From Geosiphon pyriformis uo1 (taxonomy: Eukaryota > Fungi > Glomeromycota), in the NCBI GenBank assembly GCA_016748015.1, contig JAAOMT010000312.1, positions 46,743 to 110,742 on the forward strand: 64,000 nt of DNA, in the 5' to 3' direction. The translations under genes were made by a program, and so were the position numbers. Shown in pieces: positions 50,277 to 62,282 of this stretch. The notes below the pieces were generated by a model. It had not been told where the DNA came from. It worked only from the letters and a program-made list of their open reading frames with translations, and ran no database searches. Each line of letters opens with the position of its first letter. Position 1 is the first letter of the stretch.

Positions 50277-53242
50277 TGTTATGGGTTGGAATAACAAGCT
50301 AATAGATAGCAAAGGAGAACAGAATTGTAAGGTGATGGAAATAATCAAAGAAAATTCAACTTTAAAGAATGAATTGAATAAGTATGGATTCAATGTGTGA
50401 GATCAGTCTCATAAAATATCTCAATCATTATACTTTTCAAAGGATAACCAAAGAATCTAAAGGTAGAGAGATAGTCCATACTGTCAACAAATAATCACAC
50501 CTAGTATAATTCTATGCCTCATGTCAGTGCTCTTAGAATTTAATATCAGGTATTAAATGTACTCTTTAGTCACATTTTATTCAATAATCTTCAAATGCTG
50601 CAATTACATGTTTCAGAAAAAGAGTAGAAAATAACCAACAAGTGATCTTTTATCTTTAAGATGTTCAGATACTTGAAAGTAGGAAAAGGGAAATTAGTGA
50701 TAAGAGAAAGATTGAGATGAAAGTTGTTATTTTATTTATTTAATTTTCTTGATTTTCTTTATGCTTTTCTACAGCTAAGAGATTTATCACTTATATAGCT
50801 ATCAAAAGTGGTCAATAATTAGATCAATGACTAGGTCAATGATCAAGTCAATAGTCAGGTCAATGATCAAGTCAATAATCACTTTCTAAAAATAGGGTGG
50901 CTAATTTATATAATATTAGTGGCTAATATATGTAATAATTAATAAAAAGTATAAGTTTCAACTATAACATCATTTTTTTTAAAGAAATTGAGTTCCAGCA
51001 AAATCAAGCTATTCATGGAGTAATCTATTTGAAGAGTTTTATCTAATTCAAAACTAACTAGTCTGTTGAAGTTTTTTGTGGATAAGATGTATAGCACTTG
51101 AGGCAAAATGAGCTTTGTGTCCAAAAGATTAAATCTTTGTATAAGAATTTTGGCTCTTTTTGCAATAGTCAAAACTCTTGGGACATCTAATCATAAAATG
51201 CTCAAAATTTCTATTTGTATCTCAGAAGTTGTTTTCTTCATGAGCTTTATGTCTTCTATAATTTCACCAAGGCGACCATAGAGTTCTAGTTGTCTTCCAT
51301 ATGACAAGTTTTTGTCTATGGGCAAGATTTCCTTAATCATTTTTCCAATTGTGATGGAAGGTACAAGTATTGTTGCTGTTATGCTTTCTAGCAGATACTT
51401 ATCCATTTTGCTATCAATTCTTTCTTTTCTGGTAGTAGTTTTCTTTGGTCTAATTACAGTATGTATTCCACTATTATTAGTTATGGTGGTTTGTTTTTTA
51501 ATGATCAGAGTAGCATTTGGATAGTTTTTGATCCAATATTTATAAAGAGTATAGAAGACGTTTTGAATGTTTTGATTCAGAAAATAATTGTTCATGTCAA
51601 TTGAAAATACTTCTGTTTTGGGAATAATGCATTTATTTATACTTGATTTTTGCTGATCATTTGAGTCAGTATTATCACAACAGGCAACCAATTAGATTGT
51701 TTATAATATTTCTTGAGTCGTGTATTATGAACAGGACAATCATTGAAGATTGTTCTAGATTAATCTTGAAGAATATAAGAATCATTGTTCAAAACTTTGT
51801 TGATTATAAAGAGTCCTTTCCACCAGCTAGAGAATTTATTACTATAAACATTGTCTCTGTCTGAACAGTATTCCAATACCAAATCACCAACATTTAAAGA
51901 AAGTGTTTTATAGATTTTCTTTTTTTTAAGCTTTTCTTAGAACTGTTTTATCTTTTCAAAAGCAATTATTTGTGCTTCAACTAAGGAGTTAAAAATGGTA
52001 CCAAGTCTTCTTTACAAAATGTCTTTGTAATTTCTTATTGTGATCTCTTCAAAGAGTATTGTCTCAATGTTAGTTTTTATTGATAGTGTTGTCATGCATC
52101 CATAGAGCAGATAAAAAGATTCATAACTTATTATGTCATGATTCACAGTTCTATAAGCAAACAATGCTGAAGACAGTACTTTGTTCCATAAGTTTGTTTC
52201 TTCACTGGTTTTGGCTAGGGTTTTACATAGTATTCTATTGAAACATTCCATTAAGCCATTTGTTTAAGAATAATAAGAAGAAAAAAGTTTATAATGTATT
52301 CCCATTTTTCTACAAAGTTCTTCAACCAGTGTACTAAAAAAAGCTCTTTCTCTATCAGATAAAAGTTCTTTGGAGCAGCCATGATGGCAGATAATATCTT
52401 CATAAATGAAATTGGCTATTGAGACTGCTGTTTGATCTGAAGTGGCTCTTGCTTCTACCCATTTTGTAAGATAGTTGGTAGCTGTAATAATGTATCTGTT
52501 GCCATTAAGAGTTATTATTAAAGATCCAACAACATCTATACCAATTCTGTCAAATGATTAACCAACAGAGATTGGATAGATATTTTCTTTGCAATTGGGT
52601 TTGCCTCTTTTTTGGCAGATGTTACAGGTTTTTATGTATTCAGCAATATCTTTTCCCAAGGTAGGCTAATAATAATGAGCTAAAGTTTTCTGAATTGTTT
52701 TTGTTTTTTTAAAATATCCAGCTAATGGATCAGTGTGTATGTTATATATTACAATTTCTCTTTCTTCAAATCTGATGACTTTCTAAGGGTGGTCAAGATC
52801 TTTTCTGTTTCTTTTATATAATTGATTCTGACAGATCAAATAGAAATTTAATTGTTTGCACAAATGTTCTCTTTGCTATCAAGTGTATTCTGGTGGGTAT
52901 TGTCTTTTACCCAAAAATTCCATTAAGGCAAAGTAGTTGTCCAAGTCCATTATTGTGTTTGTTTGTGAAGGAGTTACTGATAATTAGGTTGGTTTGGTTT
53001 GAGAGGTTGTACTATTACTAGATAATAAATCTAAAGAAAGCATCAGCATTTTGATGATTTGCTCCTTTACAGTGTTGAATATCATAGTCAAATTCATCCA
53101 AATGGAGTATTCAGCAAGTTATTTATTTGTGTTCCAGCTTCTTTTTATTGTGCAGCCAAACCAAGGCTTGATAATCTGTTATTACTAGGAATTTCACACC
53201 AAAAAGATATTAATTCCAGTAACTAGTAGCCCAAACTACTGC
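50277..53242 (-). mobile_element. 3' half of Gypsy family 'F' element (3' LTR 50277-50969, 3' ORF, integrase, RNase H end)
   Basis: PPT at ~50970-50995; ECFNRILC..ALFAYRT; IGIDVVG; HTDPLAG..CNICQ; HCKGANHQNADAF; extra ORF 51691-50970. Confidence 0.85.
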
Positions 53243-54211
53243 TTTTTTTTTTTGTTAACATGTAGCCACACTGGTCTTTTATTAGTTTAGCCACACTCAA
53301 AAAACATGGCTTTTTTATAAAACCAACTCACCCAATAATTTAATTACAAGATATGGCTAACCACTAAGTGGTTATGTCTAACTATACACTAGTATAACCA
53401 GAAAACCTAAGGGGTATCACACTATTACTTAAAGTAATTCTACTACTCAAAACATCAGTCAATATCTCATTACAATTTTTGTATCTATTACTCTTTTTAA
53501 TATTGGAATAGCCACTACCATTATTATTATCTCTTGGTATTTTGTGCATATTGATTATTTGTGATGGGTTTCTCTTGACTTTGTTATCAATATCTACTGA
53601 TTTTTCTCATTTAGTTTGTAACTTGTAGTGTTCTCCCCACAATCTCTTTCTTACTTGAGTTACTGCTTATTTACACACCTTAATTAAAATATTATTGTTA
53701 GCTCTTTAATCAATGTTAGAAAAAGCATTGATTTTTCTAAATTGTTTATTGATTAATTCTTTGCATAGCAGATCTATGGTGGGTGTTGACCAGATGTACT
53801 CATTAGACAGAAAAACCTTCTTGCCAGAGTCTAAGATTTTATGTTTCTCTTTCACAGCCTTTGATAAACATTGCATCCACTCATTTTTTACATCATCTAT
53901 CAGCGTTTTACCCATTTGAGTATTCAAAAAGCATTTTTAAAAGTGTTAATTGGAGTTAGCTATCCACACTGTGTTATCAATGAAGACCAGGTGGTTTACT
54001 GATGCTATTAGGGATTGTGTGTCTGCTTGATTGTCCCACTTTTTCCATTCAGTTGTTAATTTGTATCCTTGGCTATAATTGACTTGTTTTACTTTGCACA
54101 GTAAAGGGTCATAGAAAATCCTCCACATAATAGGTGAGCTTGTCTCCCCTTAATCTAGTTTATCTTGTACTTAATATTCATCACTTAATCCAAACTCAGT
54201 AATGATTCTAT
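53243..54211 (-). mobile_element. LINE 3' fragment with poly(A) tail, inserted into RNase H of F
   Basis: T11 at 53243-53253; RT motifs GETSSPIMWRIFYDPLL and LVFIDNTVWIA (53946-54150); internally deleted. Confidence 0.75.
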
Positions 54212-55575
54212 TGTTATGGTTGAAACTTATATTTCTTATTAATTATCACATGTATTAGCCACTAATGTCATATAAATTAGCCACTCTATTTTTAAAAAGT
54301 AATCATTGACCTGATCAATGACTTGACCATTGACCTGATCATTGACCTGATCATTGACCTGATCATTGACCTGATCATTGACTTGATTATTTACCTAGTC
54401 GTTGACCTGATTATTGACCACTTTTGATAGCTATATAAATAATGAATTTCTTAGCTATAGAAAAGCATGAAGAAATTAAGAAAATAAATAAATAAATAAA
54501 ATAACAACTTTCATCTCAATCTTTCTCTTATCACTAATTTTTCTTTTCCTACATTCAAGTATCTGAACATCTTAAAAATAAAAGATTACTTGTTAGTTAT
54601 TTTCTACTCTTTTCCTAAAACATGTAATTGCAGCATTTGAAGATTATTAAATAAAATGTAATTGAAGAGTACATCTGATACCTGATATTGAATTTTAAGA
54701 GCACCAATGTGAAACATAGAATTATACCAGATGTGATCATTTATTGACAGTATGGACTATCTCTCTATCTTCAGATTCTCTGGTTATCTTTGAAAAGTAT
54801 AGCGACTGAGATATTTTATGAAACTAATCTCGCACATTGAATCCATACTTATTCAATTTGCTCTTTGAAGTTGAATTCCCTTTGATTCTTTTTATCACCC
54901 TACAATTCTGTTCTCCCTTGCTATCTATTAGCTTGTTACTTCAACCCGTAACATAAAAGTGGTGCTCTCTGTGAGGTTGTTAAAATCCACTTTGCTTCCT
55001 ATTGTATGGGTGATTATTCATATCTATTACAACAATCGGAAGAACACTTTAAAGCATACAACAAAAACGATTTAGACTTTATTGAACTCAATCCTTTGCC
55101 CTTTTGCTTGATTTGCTTTCCCATTGAAGAACAATCTAGCAGACAATTCCAAGACTTTTGGAACTGGTTCTTAAACGAGCATTCAACTGAAACCTATACA
55201 GCTTATACAATATATTACTTTGATCAAGCTTATTTTGAAGACAACTTTGAAGAAAAAAACAACAGTATTAATTAGCTCTTATATTCTGCAACCTTTGAAC
55301 AACAGCTCCCTGATTTTGAATATTTGAATTATCAAATCCACATTTGAATTGCTGCTCATCAATTAACAGAAACTCCTTTTGAAACAAAAAAAGAAAACTA
55401 TCAAATCACTCCTGTTTTTGATCTCTTTTCAAGTGAATCAGAACACTCCACACAAACAGTTACATCTGAACCAATGGCTCAAGACCCTCTGCAACAAAAC
55501 ATTCTGATTGCTCTCCAAGGTATACAGACTGCTTTAAGGTGAAAAAACAACACTCCATTACCATTATTCAGAGAT
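54212..55575 (+). mobile_element. 5' end of second family-F Gypsy: LTR 54212-54953, PBS 54960-54976, gag start 55006, truncated at 55575
   Basis: LTR is inverted homolog of 50277-50969; TGGTGCTCTCTGTGAGG; gag ...MAQDPLQQNILIALQGIQTAL..NNTPLPLFR cut by the inverted duplication. Confidence 0.85.
54303..54420 (+). repeat. 12-bp tandem repeat (TCATTGACCTGA)n in LTR F
   Basis: About 9-10 units here, about 5-6 in the other LTR copy (50810-50880). Confidence 0.9.
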
Positions 55576-56480
55576 CTTTAAAAGAAATCCTATATAATGT
55601 GCTTTCCTGCCACAAAATAATTGTTGCTTGAACTCTAGCCTAAATCAAAAGAGGAGAGTGCGACTAAAAATGAATCATCTTTTTTATAAACTTCTCCAAA
55701 ATTATAGAATATCGAAGCAACAGTTCTTTGTATATGCTATGTAAATCTTCAGGGATTAAAATAAGTAAAATAATAAGGGGACGAACATATATCACGTCAT
55801 TATTGATTACTATAGAACCATTCCTCCCCCCCTGGTGAGATATGCAATCAGACATTCCATAATAATGTTATTTCACATTATAATAATATGCTATGCATGA
55901 TGCATAATTATAAATACATGCATTATAAATATATGGCATAATATGACAAACTTGTATAATAAATATGATCAAAAATATACTATGGTGCAAACCATTTATA
56001 GTCATCAAACAATTTATATAATTTTAAATTGTATCTAGTCTTCCAATTTTAATAATATTAAAAAACTAAACTGTAAATATGATAGATTAAGTTTAATTTT
56101 TTGAATTATATTATATTTTATAAAGTTATTAAAGTTTAAAATTAGCCACTTTTATTATAAATCTTTAATTTTCGGATGCCGATCAATCAGATTTTAGCCA
56201 ATCAGCAATCATTAAAGTCACGTTACCACGTAATAAATCATCAAAGTATTATCATTTTCAGAAAGGTTTTCAATTAATATTAATCTAATCATTAGATAAT
56301 TACTTTTTTATAAAAATATAATATCTCTCGGCCTGCATGTCTTCTGCTGGTGACACGGCACCATTAACCATAAATATTTTATTCACACCACTATTATATT
56401 TAGTTGTCATTATTAGGACAGAAATCCAAATATCAATATTGTTCACACCAAATGCCAAAAGAATCGTAAAAGTGCTATAG
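55576..56480 (-). repeat. ~905-bp inverted duplicate of 62101-63006
   Basis: Direct comparison; near-duplicate ORFs 55664-55855(-) and 62727-62918(+) differ by one residue. Confidence 0.95.
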
Positions 56481-56609
56481 TACAAACCATTTATAATCAT
56501 TAAAAATGTAGATCAGTCCGAAATTTTAAATGATGATCTTTACGTGTTTTTATACATGTGTTTTTAATATATTATTTATAATAAAAAATAAAATTTTATT
56601 AAATTTTAT

Positions 56610-58463
56610 ATAATATAAAACCAAATACAGTATTACAAAGTTTGAATTTGCAATAAAATTTTGGAAAAAAATGCACTTATGTCTTATGCTTTTGATTAAT
56701 TTTTCAATTGTATTTTTTGAGCAAGAAAATTGGATTCCAAAGATATTATTTAACATGCACAACAAAAAACTTTTAAAGAATTTTTGATTTTTTCTTTGTA
56801 TTTTTAGCATTTTAATATTAATCTTTTTAATGGCCATTTTCTTCATTTTATTAATATTTGTTTAATTTTTTTAGACAATCTTTGAAGTTTTTTATCTAAA
56901 TATGTTTTCAGAAAAATCATTAATTGTAATTAATTATCTAATCCAAAAGAAGTATTTTGTATTAATGATTGTTTTTTACCTAGACTTAAATTTATTTTGC
57001 TTGCAATTAAAGCATTTTTATTTATAATTTAAATATAATTTCTCAAAAATTGAAATTGTTTTATATTTAATTTGTTTAAAAAAATAGTTTGCTGTCTAAT
57101 AACCATCTTAATTTACACCAAATTACAAATAGCATTGTGCTTTTTTTGATATATTAAAATAGTTTTTTATATTATTTTGTTGTAAATGTAAATGTTCATC
57201 AATTTTAGTTATAAATTTACTGACCATAATTAATTTTCTATTTTCTTTTTTTCTTAGTGGCAAATTTTCATGCTTAACTTATATGTTATATTTAATATTA
57301 TTTGAATAAAAAATGCATTTATTATGAACATAAAAACTTTTTCTTTCTTTCTATTAAGTAAGTTAGAATGTATTCAATTTATAAATTTATTTTCATACTT
57401 TGATATATACTTTTTATGCTCATATATTTTTTTTAAAAATTTTTTTTGAAATTATAAAATGTCATTTTTTTCATATTTATCATAATATAAGCCTTAATGA
57501 TATTGTTAGAATAAATAACCAAAAATTTTGAGCCATCTTATTGCAATCATAAAACTAATAGTTTTTTTTTCATTATTTTAATATTAAGAAACAATTTATG
57601 TTCAATAAATTTTTTAAATGTAATTGAAATGGTATTAAAGTTTTGGTTTCTAATCCAAATATAACATTTTTTTACAATGTTTTTATCATTAATTATTTTA
57701 ATTGTTTTTTAGTGTTTTCTATGTTTTAATATTAAAAGCTTATTATTAAACAATTAATACTTTGCTAAATATCAAATTTTTCATGCTTTTTATATATTAT
57801 TATCAATAAAAATTTTTTGGACAATTTTTAAATTGGCATTAATTATTCCATGTCTATTATTATTATTTAACAAAATAAAATATTCAAAAATAGCTTTTAT
57901 TTTTGATTATATTTAAAGACAATTAATTAAACATGTTGTTTTTCTAAATGTTTTTTTAACTCTTGTTCTTTTTTTATTTAACTAATATATAAATCAATCT
58001 CACTTTTTGAATTGCTTAAAAATTTATTAGATTTGGACTATTGTAAGTTTGTAATTTGAGCATTACTAATATTAAAAAAAGTGGTAATTTTTTTAGTTTT
58101 GGCTACTGCTTTGGTGAATAAATTATTTGGTTTATATTTATTATAATAGGTTAACTTTGGTATTTTTTTTGTTATATAAAAATTTTGCTTCTTTTTTTCT
58201 AAATGATTGTTGTTTTTTTATACTAAATTAAGTTTTTTTAATTTTATATTTATTCTAATTACAGCTTCTATATTTTCTGTATTATTCTATCTACTGTTAT
58301 TATTGTTACTTCACTTTCTATTATTAATATTTAATCTGTTAAATTTGTTTACTTTAATATCATAATTATTTATTAAAGTGGTATAATAAGTTTTTTTATA
58401 TAATCTTTTTGTATTTTTAACTAAATTTTTAGCTTTTTTTTTTTCTTTAGAATGAAATGGTAT
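56610..58463 (-). pseudogene. Decayed DDE transposase (Tc1/mariner/IS630-like, fungal HDE..FY.ND type)
   Basis: Minus: WLKIFGY...GLYYD; VHNKCIFYSNN...LPLRKKENRKLIMVSKFITKID (=HDECIFYSND..PLRKKGNGRSIMVSEF); GVN*DGY*TA; CCAC.IISLE.NFLAQK; HKCIFF.KF.C. Many stops/frameshifts. Confidence 0.75.
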
Positions 58464-58568
58464 TTTTTTATGTAATGTGATATTAATCTAATATGTAATT
58501 GGTGCTTGAACAGAATTAAAAAATTTGAAATATGTAATATTATATAACAAAATTGTATTACAATAAAA

Positions 58569-61500
58569 ATGGCGTTTTTAACTCAGATATATATCTATTC
58601 TTTAAATCTTTTTGGTTTTAATTTAAACTTTAATTTTTGTTTTGTAGTTCTGAATAAAAACCAATCAAAGAAAGCTTCTTCAGCATTAATCAAAGGAAAT
58701 TTTTTATTTGGATTGGTAAAATTATCTGAACTAAAAATTCAGATAACATCAATAAAAATAGTTATTACAAAAACTTTTTTGACTTATGACAAAGAATTTA
58801 GGCAAAAAGTTTAATATTAACAATTAAACAACTAACTCAAAAGAAATTCAATTTTCAAATTAAAGCCAATTTTTTACAGCTAATAAAAAATTTATTGCAA
58901 ATAATTATTAATTAAAAAACTAGTAGGTAAGGATATTTAAGATAGATTTCAATTTTAGTATTACAGCTTAGTTATGATCTCTCATTTTCATATTTAATAG
59001 TTAACAATATGCCAAATTATTTATGAATTTATTATCCAAAGAAGAATATCCAAAATATTATGATGTAATTAAAAAGCCAAAATTCTTAAACATAGTCGAA
59101 ATTAGTACTATATACTTCTTTTTTATTAGTCACTTAACACTTGACATATGTTTTCTATATTATATTAATAAAAATTCGAAAAAATATTATTTATTTATGA
59201 ATTTAATCAGGATTTACAATTGATTTTAAAAATGTCATGTATTTTAATGATAATTCATATATTTTCAAAGATGCTGTTACCAGACGAAATTAGAGATATT
59301 GTTTAGCATGAAATTACCCTTATAAATCTTATCATTAATTAACATATATTATCATTTCAAATTATCACTTAGTACATTAGCAAAATGTTCAAAATTATCA
59401 TTTAATTAATAACCCAATTTGTACATAACACAAATGTAACCTAATTGCGATGATCAATCATGCAATACCCCGAACTATGTAACATTCAAAAAGTTCGCTG
59501 AAATTTGTAGAAATTCGCCGAAATAATTGATAGTTCACCAAAATATCTAATAGTTCGCAGAAATAACTTGTAGTTCGCCAAAATATATCTTTAGTTCAAC
59601 GAAATAGTAGAAAATAGCAAAGTTCAAGTTCATAGAATAGTGTTATGACAAGTTGTATAAAAGAAGAGCTTTTCTCTTCAAAAAAATGTATCTTACTTTA
59701 GATTTATCACTTAGAACCATTCCTACACACACAAAAAGAAATAAATATCAAATAATTCAAAAAACCAAACTCTTTAAATTATTGCACTTGGAAAATCCTC
59801 AAAACCCAACTAACGTTTTGAAATTGATTAGCTACCAATTTCAGTAAACTGTTAGTGACTCCAGACCTGAATAGAAAACGTTTCTCTTGACAGAAGTCTA
59901 TTTCTTTTACATTTCTTTTATTTTTCTTTTCTTTTCTTATTACAATTATTAGGGTAGTCTACAGATGAGATTCTTGTAGAAGAGTTGACTTTCACAGCAA
60001 AGTAACTACACATTTTAGTAAGCTTCCAGACAAGCAATTCCTGGGAAAGAGTTGACGTTTACTACAATGTAACTACATAAAGTAACTGGCATGGAATTGG
60101 CCATTCCACTTATAAGCCCAGCAGTTCAAATTATAGGAGATAATTTGAAGATAAATTCAGTTACTGGAGGTTCAACCACATCCAGAAAACGTGAATTCAC
60201 AGCAAACAGACATTAACAACATTTAAGAAAAGAGACCAAAAACCTCCAGTAACAATGCCAAATTCTTACAAGTAAGAAGTTTATTAGGTCTTTACAAAAA
60301 AATCTGGGTTTTATTTACTTGAATTAATACATTTTATATATATTTTTCATCAAAACAAACTTATTAGAAAATATACAACATTAACAAAAAAAAGCTATTC
60401 AAAATTATAGACTTTAAGACAACTTCAGTTCTTTTAATTAAAGTAAAACCAAAAATCATTCAATTTCAACCTAATTTTCTCAAATCAACATCAATTGATA
60501 TAAGTTTTTTGATTACTGATATAAGTTATTATATATTACATTCTAATAAGTTGTTAAAATATTCAACAATTAAAATTTTTTTTACAGCTTAGAAAACCAA
60601 TTCTAAAATTAGATCATAATTTGGTCGAATACATGATAGGTATTTTAGTTATTATAATTTTTTTTGGTATAATTCATCATTTAAATATTAAATTTAACTG
60701 AAAACTTTTATTACAAAAGATTTTATATATTTTTTAAATCCAAGTAATTTTTTGAAATACAACTTCATAGTCATTAAAAAATTATTTGTGAATTTAAAAT
60801 AAGTATTTACATTATAATAAAAATGATGTTAGTCAAAATTTTCAAAGTTGTTTATTGTTTTTTATCTTTCATAGATTGCAAAAACAGTTTGCAGATTTTT
60901 TTTTCAGATTTAATTAAGTTAATTTTTAATCATAAATACTATTCTTATGTTTTATATTTTTAAGCTTTTAATTATTTCTTTTACCAGATAAAACACAATC
61001 TATTCCTAAAATTTTACAAAAAAAATGTTCAAAACATTGATTATTGAAAAACATATAATATAAAATATTGTAGGAAAATGTTATATTATGTTTAAGATAT
61101 AACATTTGTTTTGAAATTATTATATAATTACTGTAAGTTTAATTTTACAAAACCTATTTATTAGATATTTTGAAGAATTTAATGACAATAATATTTATGT
61201 ATATAAATTTTTATATATAATGGCATTAAAATTTTTTACTACTATTAACAATTGAGAAAATACTCTTCTATATGTCTAAAGTTATATTAATATACATAAT
61301 ATACTATTTAACACTATGAATTATAGAAAGTTTTTTAGCAAAATCTGTTTTGGTTTCTTTTATATAGCATATTCTTAATTAAAAACCAATTGATAATAAA
61401 TTAAAAACTCAAAATAAACAAATTTTTTTTTATTTATATTTTTATTATTATATATTACTATACAATAACAAAAACTAACAAATATCTTTGAAAATTAGCA

Positions 61501-62282
61501 TATATAGAATAAAGTATTTAAAAAAATAATATTGAAAATCAGAATTTTGATTGATATAAATATCATTTAGTCATATATTTTATCTAATTTAATAGTTAAG
61601 TTATATGATTAATTGTTTTTAATTACAACATTATCCCATTTAGTTTCCCCAATCTATTTTGAAAACTTTGTTCTAAGATCTTCAAAAAAAACTTTACATC
61701 TGTCTAAACTAATGTATTTACATAATGAAAACAAACACATAAAAAAAAAACCAACTTTGATAGAATACTATAAAAAAAGATAAATTATCTATAATTTACT
61801 GTAAAGTGCATTTATTAAAAAATTAATTGTATTAATTTTTTTCATAAATTTTGAGCTGTGCCTTTGTTTTAAGATATAAGAGTTAAGATAAGTGATTAAT
61901 CTTTTACAATATCTCTTAATACCAAACATTTTACCCACAATATTACTCTTAAGCTAACAGCCAATTATATTATAGTTATTCTAATTTTTGCTTCAAATCT
62001 GCTGTTTTTAATACCAAAGCTGGTTGTTTTCAATGTTTATTAAGAAAGACACAAGATTACAAATAAAGTGCAAATGATATTCTCAAATTTTTTAACAATT
62101 ACTTATAATACTTTTATGATTTTTTGGCATTTAGTGTGAACAATATTAATATTTGGATTTCTGTTCTAATAATAACAACTAAATATAATAGTGGTGTGAA
62201 TGAAATATTTATGGTTAATGATGCCGTGTCATCAGTAAAAGACATGCAAACCAAGAGATATTATATTTTTATAAAAAAGTAA
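58569..62282 (+). pseudogene. Intron-containing bromodomain + BAH (RSC1/RSC2/RSC4/polybromo-like) pseudogene
   Basis: QQYAKLFMNLLSKEEYPKYYDVIKKP (59010-59080); DLQ..FKNVMYFNDNSYIFKDA|KFLQ across the solo LTR; BAH-like HNLVEYMIG/DFIYI..NP, FKT...IVGKCYIMF, NIYVY..Y...FTTINN*; C-terminal ..GVNNIDIWIS...ERYYIFIKK*; gtaag/ag intron signals. Confidence 0.7.
59275..60254 (+). mobile_element. Solo LTR of family A inside the bromodomain exon
   Basis: TGTTACCAG...CAGTAACA with perfect 4-bp TSD ATGC. Confidence 0.93.

Noticed and set aside
50277-54953. Two family-F LTRs as the ends of one element (or a DIRS-like inverted-LTR element)
   Set aside because: They are in opposite orientation. One is a 3' LTR with PPT inserted in LINE ORF1, the other a 5' LTR with PBS inserted in a LINE RT, so these are independent insertions. 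No tyrosine recombinase seen.
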